Shown here: positions 39,040 through 48,560 of the stretch, in pieces
Position numbering within the stretch: position 1 is the first letter of the stretch
Layout of the letters: each line of letters opens with the position of its first letter
DNA from: Camelus dromedarius
Taxonomy: Eukaryota
Reading direction: 5' to 3'
Assembly (NCBI RefSeq): GCF_036321535.1
Contig: NC_087436.1
Location: 96,474,001 to 96,538,000, forward strand
Length of the DNA stretch: 64,000 nt
Notes under the pieces: generated by a model
Databases searched by the model: none
What the model saw: the letters and a program-made list of their open reading frames with translations, nothing else
What the model was told of the DNA's origin: nothing
Position numbers and translations under genes: made by a program

Positions 39040-40100
39040 CAGGGTTGACATCATAAGATGGTGACATAGGTTTTCCTGACTCAGTCTCCCTCACAAGATG
39101 AACTAGCAACAATCCATATACAAGACACCATTGTAAAAAACCTCAGAACCTGAAGGTGAGGCTGAAGCACCCCTCAGACCACAGACATTGAGAAGGACCA
39201 TGTTAGATGGGTAAGAAGAGCAGTTTCACACTGCACCACTTCCCCTACAGACTGGTACAGTGCTGAAGTGAGTCTCCACTGCTGGATCCTTGGGCCTACA
39301 GCTTATCCAGTGAGAAAAAGAGAACCCCACTTCCCCAGCACTGTGGGATACTTCCTGGGAGGCTCACTGGGGTCTCACCTCATGGGGATCACTGGGGAAA
39401 CCTGTGAAGCTCAACTACTGAGGATAATATAAAGATGGAGAAGTCAGGCAGAGTTCAGAGCAATCAGTGCTCAAACATTGGCAGACCATGTTCCTGCCTG
39501 CAGCAGTGCTCAAGCAGAGATCCCAGCCAGCAGCCCATCTGCAGAGCTGAGATGGTGGCTGTGTCTGGCTAGGAAGCTCAATTAGCAGTTCTGCCTGATT
39601 TGGATCTCAAGCCAATGGGTTATACTGGCTGTGGAGCACATCCTGCAGCCCATCCAGAGAGGGGAGTAAATTCACAGTCCCTCCCAACTGCTTAGCAGAG
39701 TCTTCAGCCCTGCCCCACTGGGTAGTGTGACCAGAACTGCCCAGCAGCTACAGGTCACATCCTATGGCCTGCTAGCCCTAGATAACCAGGGAGCTTGAAC
39801 AGTGACCCTGAGCAGCCTTAGAGACCAGCCTGCCAACCTACCCAGCAGCAGAGCCTAGCATACAATCATGCCCAATTGCTGAATACAACCTCTGGCCTCA
39901 CTCAGACATGGAGTCCCACCTGTGACCTAACCCAACTGCACAGCATAGCCTGCAGCCTTACCGGACCTGTAGCTGAATGACAACTGTCCCCCCACACCCT
40001 ACCTGATTGCAGAGAACAGTCTCTAGCCCCACACAACTAAGGGATACAGTTGGAGGCTCTGCTTAACTAGAGAGCCCAGCCAGTAACCTTGCCCAACAAA
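39040..40100 (+). mobile_element. L1 5'UTR fragment (L1M2/M3-like) with degenerate internal tandem units
   Basis: Starts agggttgacatcataagatggtgacatagg; GC-rich; recurring cccaactgcagagc..agcc-like units at 39500-40095. Confidence 0.65.
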
Positions 40101-40619
40101 CAGAATAACAATAATGGCAGGGGCTTTGTCTATTTTGTTCATTGTTGTGTCCCAGCACTAGAATAACTGATCAGCTCATGTGGATAGGTTAATAATAATC
40201 AGGATCAGTTATGTCCCTCTTGCCTAACTCTTCTAGATAAATAACATAACTGGACTATGTGCCAATCATCCTCATAATATTTTGATAACATTTAAATATT
40301 TCAATCAATTCATTCACCTGTTCTCCCTCACCAGTATCACTACTAACATTCAATTGCCATGGACCAACATTTTGCCTAGAAATTTGTTGCCAACATGTTT
40401 TACTGACAAATGGAGGCAAAAACAAAAAACTCTGACAGTTTCATGTAAGAAATAGCTAAAACGTTTTCTGCAAATAAATTTTTCCCATGTGGACTCAGTA
40501 TTAAGTTTTATAGCAAAGGGTATATTAGGAAAAAATAAGTGCTTCATAAGCACAAAGGGTACCTGATAACATTCTAGTCTGATGTATGTTAGGTAAGAAT
40601 TCCATTTTTTTCTGTTTTT

Positions 40620-40762
40620 TGGTATCTATACGAGATGATGGATGTTACCTAAACTTATTGTGGTAATAATTTCATAATATTTGTATGTTAAGTCTTTATA
40701 CTTATACCTTAAACTCATACAGTGCTGTATGCCAATTATGTTTCAATGAAACTTGGAAAAAT
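40620..40762 (+). mobile_element. L1 3' terminal fragment
   Basis: gatggatgttacctaaacttattgtggtaataatttc...cttaaactcatacagtgctgtatgccaattatgtttcaatgaaacttggaaaaa. Confidence 0.8.
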
Positions 40763-41984
40763 TACCCCCCAAATCCTGAATTCTAGGAAAGTATACTCAT
40801 GGGACTTGCAGATAGCTACTAGACTTTTTTTTAAAGCCTCTAATTGGGTTAGACAGACATAAAAGGAGTAGTGGAACTCAATGCTTGTTAGTCTAAATTT
40901 TCACCCTCAGGCCTAGAGTGGTATATTTAATGATCTGCCATTTACCCTCTGGTTATATGTGGCAGGAAAAAATGTGATAGTGGGGAACTCCCGTGCATTA
41001 CAGCATGGCAATAACTACCAGAGTCCATCTTTAGTTGCTTGCCTCTATGGGAGCCACAAGAATAGATGGTCTAAGTGCATCATTTAAAGACGCTGGATTT
41101 GCACCACTGTAGCCCATCCTCTGGCTGAGGATCTCAAGGTGTCTCCCTCACCTCACTTTTGATTTAGCCCCTCCTCAAAAGGAGCAGGGACTTGATTCTC
41201 CTTAAATCATCTCTCCATGGTTGTTCCTTCAGAATTGGAGGATGACTTTCCATTGCTTATACTGGACCTCCTCTCTTTCCCCTTCTTGTGAGCTCTAAAC
41301 TGGTTGTGCCCAGAACCCAACTTTGGCCATACAGACAAGGACAACATCCTAGGGGATGGTGAAGCAATAAGAGTAAGGGGATATTCTCAATCTCTAAATA
41401 ATCACATGAATTAACCTTCCCACCTTAATTGTGAGACTCTGATCACACCTAGACACCTCCATGTGCAGGTTACTGATGCTTTGTAAGTATTTAAATTACA
41501 GTCTGTGTTTCATGATTTTCCTTTGGGAAATGTCAAGAATATAGTGTTTACAGTTAAGCCTAAATAGCTATAAAGCCCAAAACACAAAGCTTAAAGAAAA
41601 CTCAAGGTTGTTTCTTTCTGATGTAATAGCGCTGAGGGGAGCCATTAGGAGAGTGGTGCTTTCAAATGGTAGTTCAGGGAAGTAAAACTACAAAGAAAAC
41701 AAAGGATAAGAAACCCTAAATTTAGGAAACTGGTTACATCTGAATGTGGCGGGGAAGGAAAGAGATATATAGATGCTACAAAGTATGGCAATGATCAATT
41801 TCTAGTTAGTTAATTTGTTTTGCTTTATGCCAAATATAAATTTTATAAATACCTTTTCCTGCTCATTATTTAATAAAAAAATTAAAAGAAAGAAGTTAAT
41901 AAAAAGAGCTCTTGCTGACAGATGAAGAAGATGAAACATTCTTCTACCAACTCCGGTAACTAAAGGAAGGGAGACAGTAGAAGA

Positions 41985-42215
41985 AACTAATATTTATTGA
42001 GCACCTACTGTATGCCAGGTATTGTCAAGGTATGGTCACAAAAATTATTTATTTACCTATCATAATAATACCTTTAAAGTGGATATTAAGAACTGTTTTT
42101 TTTTTTAGATGAGAAGACTGAGACTTAGAGAGACTAAATGATTTTCCAACACCTAGTAACCAGCTAGTAATCAGTAAAACTGGGAGGCAAACTCATGTAT
42201 TTCTTGACATCAAAC
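41985..42215 (-). mobile_element. MIR SINE
   Basis: atttattgagcacctactgtatgccagg...agatgagaagactgagacttagagag. Confidence 0.85.
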
Positions 42216-42243
42216 CCCATGAAAGTGGCTGTATGGTATATGG

Positions 42244-42736
42244 CACTGTTTCTCAATTCTTAGTTGCTGGCTTAACATCTTCCCAATTTTTGCCATATCT
42301 AAGCGCCTCTGACTACCACTCCCATGATTTCTATCATAGTGAATGTATCACATTGGTATTTGCTTAATAGTTTTTTCTTTAAAACTTGATTTTATTTAAA
42401 AGGAAACTGCATGATAGATGGCAAATGGAGAACCAATATCATTTGCCATAAATAGAAGATAATATTATGATTTAAATTGTGGTTAATTTCTATTTGGATA
42501 CTACTGTTTGTTGACGGCTTTGAGCCTGAGACCTGCTATTTTTTTGGAAGATGGGTAAGTGTGTGTTAAAGTGATGCTGGCACCAGACTGAATCACCATC
42601 AGAATGATTGAGAGAAAACTGAAAGGAGAATTACAGCCTCACCAGGCAGTTGCATGGTGTTTAATGCTGTACCTGTGTATCAGTGAAACCGAAAATATTT
42701 CATATTCTACTGGTCTCAAAATTTGGGAAATAACTG
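42244..42736. mobile_element. hAT-Charlie-like non-autonomous element
   Basis: cactgtttctcaa ... tttgggaaataactg termini; internal atcatttgccataaatagaag. Confidence 0.5.
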
Positions 42737-44009
42737 TTAGCATGACATGGGTTCAGTTCTTTGCTCCAGAAGTTCAAGTTAATGTTTTCTCATGTGTAAA
42801 GTGGCAATGCTCCTCATAGACTGTTGTGAATATTAAATGTGATAGTACATGGAACGGCCTTAACGATTATGTTCATAAATGTTCAGGGAAAATAAATCTT
42901 TATCATTATGTTCTCTGCAGATCTATTATGTTGTTGCTGCACCTACCTGAGCTTATAACTATAGTTATAAAATTGTTACTACTCAAGACTTCATTGAGAT
43001 ACTTGTTACAAATCAGAGCCTGCTTGCCACAGAAACAGGTGGGAAAAAAGTTCAGGGAGGAAGTGTTATCATAGCAAAGAATATACGCTGAGCACCAAGA
43101 CTGATACATTTTTCTGCTCTTCACAAAGGTGCCTGGAGCAGAGAGAGCAAGTGGAAGCTGACGTTGAACTTACGTTACTCCAGCTAAACCACAGGCTTCG
43201 GCTGGGGCTGTACTGACTTCAGCAGGTGCTTTCTCCTGATTTGCACAAAAGTGCCTTATCAGTGGCAACTACCCTCACTTCCTCCCAATTGCTGTTATTT
43301 AGTTACATGAAGCATTGATCTGTACACTGTGAGTGATAATAGAAAAATCAAATATAAATAACTTTAAGCAAAGGAACTAAGGCAGGCACTATGTTAGGGG
43401 CTTAGCTAAGGAGGATCAAGTCAAAGTTGTTCCCAGAACCCTGCCCAGCTCTGTCTCCATCCAGGACTAGCCTTCCCTCCTGCATCTGCAGGTGCTCACA
43501 GCAGCTCTGACTGTCTTCCCAAGCAATGCTAAAGTTCAATTCTAAAGTAAAAGTTTTCATTCCCCATGGAACTTTGAAGGTGGAGCTGAAGGATGGATAG
43601 AGACTGGATAAAAAAGAGAGAGGCAGGATAGAGAAAGAAATCCAAATTTAGCTGTGGCATAGCTGGGTTATTTTTATTTTGGCTAATAAGCAAAATTCAG
43701 AAAGAGATCTTTTCCTTTTGTTAACTTTTAAATAAAGAGACCTCTGCCTGTGTCATTGCAGTAGTTATAGGCACTATATTTATTCCTCTAAGGGTAAGGA
43801 AAGGAGACAATAGCTGGAGTCAGCTTTCTTTGCTCTAGTTTTACCTTCTTTTCCTCATCTATTTGCACCATTCCCATCTACGTGCAGGACAGCAAAAGGG
43901 TCTGCACCTCAAGAGACAAACATCATGCCACTCAGATCCTCCCCTCCCTTTGCCCATCGTTGTGGAGTCTTGGGCAAGTCCCTTAGTCTCCCTTCATCAG
44001 TGGGATTGA

Positions 44010-44220
44010 TTGAGTTCTCACTATATGCTGGACACTGTGACCAGTGCTTTATATGCATCATTTCATGTAAACTTTACAACAATCCTAAGAAAAAATTGTG
44101 GCATTTAAAAACACTCATTATTATTCCCATTTTACAGAAGAAAAAAGTTAAACTAACTTGCCCAAAGAAATACAACGATTAAGTAGCAAAGCTTCATCCA
44201 GGAAGTGGAACTTCAACCAG
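44010..44220 (-). mobile_element. MIR SINE
   Basis: attattattcccattttacagaagaaaaaagtt...taacttgcccaaag. Confidence 0.8.
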
Positions 44221-44499
44221 AAGGAGGCATGTGTTCTTAGATCGATCCCTCGGTACTTAGACATTTACTTCTATGAGCTCTAAGCTAACAAATCAAGTGA
44301 CTTATGATTAACTATTGCACAAATGCTTTATCCTTAGGAGGTTTAAATAAAGTGTGGAAATGTGGCATTTATTCAGCCTGATGTTCTGTGAGACACTCTG
44401 TATACATGGTGTAAGGAACTAAAGAACCCTTGGATGAGAGGTGGAGCTGGCAGCTCTAAGGCTGCTGTACTGACGTAAGCCACTGTGGGCGATGTGAGC

Positions 44500-46290
44500 A
44501 TAGGAAAGCCCAGCTGAGGTTCTTAGTGCCTTCATCCTGCAGAAAAAAGACTGGCTCAGCATCTCTTGGGTTCCAGGAAAATGGGAGAAAAAGACATCTT
44601 GACAGTAAAGGAGAAACTTTCTGCCTATGAATACCTTAGTAGAGGTTGTAAAGGAAGAAATAAACAGTAAACTCATTATCAAGATACCTCTCTATAATAA
44701 TTAGACCCTGCTCTATAGTGTACTGTCTACATAAATTTGAACATAAATTTGCAGATGGGATCCTTGACTCTTAGCCTGGAAACTCTCATGTAGTCCTGGG
44801 ATGTGAGCTGCTGTAGTCTGGAGCACAAAATGAACCATTACTCATTGATGATAGTCAATGTAAATAATCCTGGCTCCCCAGTTACACAATGCAATTGCAA
44901 AAACAGTTTTTCTTTCCTCAGTGAAGTCTCTGCTCCTTTGATAATTCCATGAATCTTGGGGCTTTTCAATCCAAGAACCAGCCAGTGCTGCTGCTTTTCA
45001 CCAGGAGGAGACAGCACTGGAAAGCCTGCCCACTGTTGTGTTTGCAGAGATTCACTGGTGATGCTGCAGCTGATGCCACCACTGCCTCCTGGGGGGCTTG
45101 AGGCACCATTCTAGGGATGGTTCTCAAGTGCAAGAATTCTTGCTTTTCCAGTATTAGGATTACTTTGTCCTGTTACAATCCAGGGATACCAGCGACTCAC
45201 CTCTCTCATAGCTTCTCCTTACTTCGTCTCCAACTTCAACTCCAACTCCATTTTTCCTCTTATCTGTCCAGAAGATATTTTCTTGTGTTAACCCCATTGT
45301 ATTGGGATCTCTGGGCCAGTAGGTCACTAAGTATGCATGATAATCAGTTCTTACCAAAGACTTTGGGCATTGCCTTAGGTTGCTGGGGCTACTATAACAA
45401 AATACCATAGACTTGGTAGCTTACATATCAGAAATTTATTTCCCACAGCTCTGAAGGCTGAGAAATCCAAGGTCAAGATGTGGCAGATTTGGTGTCTGGT
45501 AAGAGCCCTCTTCCTGTTTTGGAGACAGCCACCTTCTTGCCATATATTCAAGTGGCAGAGTTCTGGTCTCTTCCTCTTCTTATGATGGGATGCTGAGGGC
45601 GCCAACCTCATGACCTAATCTAAATCTAATTACCTCCCAAAGGCCCCACTTCCAAATGTCATCACACTGGAGATTAAGGCTTCTATATATGAATTTTTGA
45701 GGAGGACACAAACTTTCAATCTATAGCAGGCATGAGTTCTGTTTTCTTGTGTTATACCTGGTGAAGTGGATGTGAATATGGAATCACTGTTAATTAAGGT
45801 TACATTATCCTTTGTAGCTGTTCCTACTGCCTCTGTCCTCAGTGAAGAAGAGGGAAGAGAAGTGGGAGCTGGACCAGGAGTCCTTGCCTCCACGAAGCCA
45901 GCATCATTTATTTCCACCACTGTAACTCTTAAAAGTGAACTCCTTGCCTCTCCTGGGGAGGTCATTAGTCAGATGGTGTTATTGTCTCCTCTATTCCCAA
46001 GGCTCACCTATTCCTTTCCCCTCTCGAATGGCAGTTGGACTAATTAATATACATCTTCAGCTGTTTGGACTGATCATTCTTCTCATTGGTCACTAGGTTA
46101 CATGTGTCTAACATACCCACATTTTTTTTGGTCTAGAGATTGATTTAAAATGAAGAAAATGAAGGGATTTGACTTTTGACAGGAACCCTGGATCATGCCC
46201 TAGAACCATTTTAGAGATGGGTCTCATGGGCTCCCTGCCTTGGGAAGGGTATTTGATGGCTACTTCCATTTCTCACAGAGTAGGTCATCT
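44500..46290 (-). pseudogene. Decayed Ty3/Gypsy Sushi-ichi-type gag-protease sequence (PEG10/RTL/SIRH-like), interrupted by MLT1A
   Basis: Hand translation across frameshifts gives colinear blocks NGSR..PGFLSK, MWVC*THVT, INDAGFVEA, VGDEVRR, MELSKEQR, KLFLQLHCVTGEPG, ESFQA, SHLQIYVQI, RYLDNEF, ESFSFTVKMSFSPIFLE and KNLSW, which resemble recalled PEG10 Gag/protease motifs. Confidence 0.6.
45371..45728 (-). mobile_element. MLT1A-type MaLR solo LTR, complete
   Basis: tg...ca ends, perfect 5-bp TSD ggcat (45366-45370, 45729-45733), typical MLT1A body. Confidence 0.95.
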
Positions 46291-46404
46291 GAAGGGATTA
46301 GATAATAGCAACTTCAGTTGGAAAAGGAGGAAGAAAAGGAAGATCCATGAGAATCAGGTGCCTAGTAACTATGGGTTGGTAGAAGTAAAGAAAAATAATA
46401 GGAA

Positions 46405-46548
46405 CATGGAACTATATTCAGTATCTTGTAGCAACCTATAATGAAAAAGTATATGAAAATGAATGTATGTATGTACATGTATGACTGAACTGTTATGCTG
46501 TGCCAGGAACTGACACACTGTAAATTGACTATACTTTAAAGAAAAAAG
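46405..46548 (+). mobile_element. Short young L1 3' end
   Basis: ggaactatattcagtatcttgtagc...tgtaaattgactatac plus A-tail; TSD aaaataataggaa at 46392 and 46549. Confidence 0.9.
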
Positions 46549-46609
46549 AAAATAATAGGAAAGTCATTGAAAGAAGATAAAGAGAAGAAATACCAGATGA
46601 TTATTAATC

Positions 46610-46815
46610 GTGTGGCTTAGTTCTAAGGAGTTTTGGCAGACAAGTGTTTGAATCCCACCTCTGTTACTGATTATCTGACAAATAAATTGCTTAACATTTT
46701 TAGACTCCAATTTCTTCACCTATAAATTGAGGATAGAAAAGAACCTGTCTCTCAAAGTGGCTATATGGCGTATATTCAATACTCAGTGTCTGACTTGGTA
46801 AGGTGCTCTCAATAT
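46610..46815 (+). mobile_element. MIR SINE
   Basis: gtttgaatcccacctctgttact...tttcttcacctataaattgaggata. Confidence 0.75.
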
Positions 46816-48374
46816 TCTCATGACCATATTTTGAGATTATTGGTGAGTTGCTAATGGATGCATGGATCTTCTTTGATAACGTAAAACTCTGAAGAATGAC
46901 ATTTGACACCACAATTACATTTTATCACATATCTAAGCCCCAAAAATGTTAGAGGGGATTTTTATGTGCCTTCATTATAAACAAATTAGAAAGCCTTAGA
47001 CACACACCTGTATTTTTTGAGGCTCAACCTTACCTGGACCAGCTTGGCAGTCCTGAGCTCTGCTCAGGGTTTGAGGCAGAAAAGGGACATGTATGTCTTT
47101 ACCATCTCCCCCTGCTAGCTGCCCTTGTAATATTTTGTGAGTTGAGAGAAGAAGAGGAAAGGAGAGTAAGAGGAAAGAGAAGTGGCTGGAGGTGAATTAG
47201 AGGGCAGCAAGGTATTACAAGAGGGAGAGGAAGAGAAATGGAGATTTAGTCACTGAAACAGCCTGGGTCCTAACTCCTCCCTCCCCTCTCCCCTCAGAAC
47301 GTGAGAAGCTCTATGTTAATGTGCCCAATCTAGCATCTGTTAACGCTTTAACATTTCTCTGTAGCCTCCATGCATTCTGGCTTAGTCTTTGCTTCAGGCA
47401 TGCAAATTTGCATTTTCCACTGACACTCATTTAATATGCACTGGTACAAGTAGCTTTTTAAATTTGCCTGAAATATAGCATTTGCAAGCAATTTTGGGAG
47501 ACTTACGAAGAACTGGACTGGAGTTAAGCTTAATTATTACTTTATACACTTTCCTTTTTTTCCTTCCTCTAGTTTAATTTCTAAGGAAACTGTTAAACTG
47601 CCCATAATTTGAGAAATTTAAAGTTAAAAGACAAAAAGAACTGTAACCCAGAGACTATCTTTTACTGGCAGAAAGATGGGTGAGATGATTAAAGGTTGTT
47701 TCTAAATTAATTAAAAATATTTGTAACCACTGCAAGTACTTTGCTAGGATGCTAAAGTGGAAAAAGGTGTACATTATATAAATACATGTAATACTTCAAA
47801 GCACTCTCCACTTTTGTATTGATTGAGAGGGGCTGACTCTCTGGCATGTGAAGTCCAACTAGTTGGATTAGATTAACAGCTTCACAAATATTATTTCAGT
47901 CCCTTTATTCACTAATTACTAGGTACTTCTACACTTTCAAAGGACCTGATTACACAATTGATAGGATTGAATTAACAACATTTAGGAAATAATTTGGTCT
48001 TTATTCTTAGATCTTCAACATAATGAAGTGTAATATCTTTTAGGTGGGATGACAGTGAGACCAGGTGTTTTAAATAGGGAGACAGCTGGATGAGGGTTAA
48101 GGTGGCAGGTCCCTTCTGACGTACTGTAGGTAAACTGGTTAACTGCCTAAGAGACTGAGGAGAGGCTGGGATCAAAGCCAAAATTAGAATCCATATCATT
48201 CCAGGTGAAATGATTACAGTTTAGCCCATGTTCATTATGACCCTTGTTCTTTTGGCTCCTTAGCCTATCTCTTCCAGCCCTCTAAGAGTACATTTGCTTC
48301 CTTCTTTCCCTATTACTATGTTTCATGAAAAGAGTAATGTTGCTCAGTATGTTTATTTTAAACAGATATGGTTT

Positions 48375-48560
48375 AGCCATTCAGAGCTCAGATTTGAGAT
48401 TAAATAAAAATTCTGACATTGAATTCCACTTTCATCTTTCATTACTTCTCAGTTTTGTGACTTTAAATAAGTCACTCTAACTGAATAAATACCGATTTCT
48501 TCATCTATAAAATGGGAATAATAATGCCTCCCTGATAGTGTTATTGTAGGGTATTAAGGT
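48375..48560 (+). mobile_element. MIR SINE
   Basis: tttcttcatctataaaatgggaataataatgcctccc. Confidence 0.75.

Noticed and set aside
39500..40095. Regularly recurring motif as a CRISPR-like array
   Set aside because: Units are highly degenerate, have no repeat-spacer structure and lie in a mammalian L1 5'UTR-like element.
44728..44751. QIYVQIYV as independent proof of PEG10 homology
   Set aside because: It is a 12-bp tandem pair (caaatttatgtt/caaatttatgta on the minus strand), so part of the match may be fortuitous; I down-weighted it.
45630..45965. 111-aa Ser/Thr-rich ORF as an intact mucin-like exon
   Set aside because: It runs into the MLT1A LTR and is better explained as a fragment of the decayed gag-like region.
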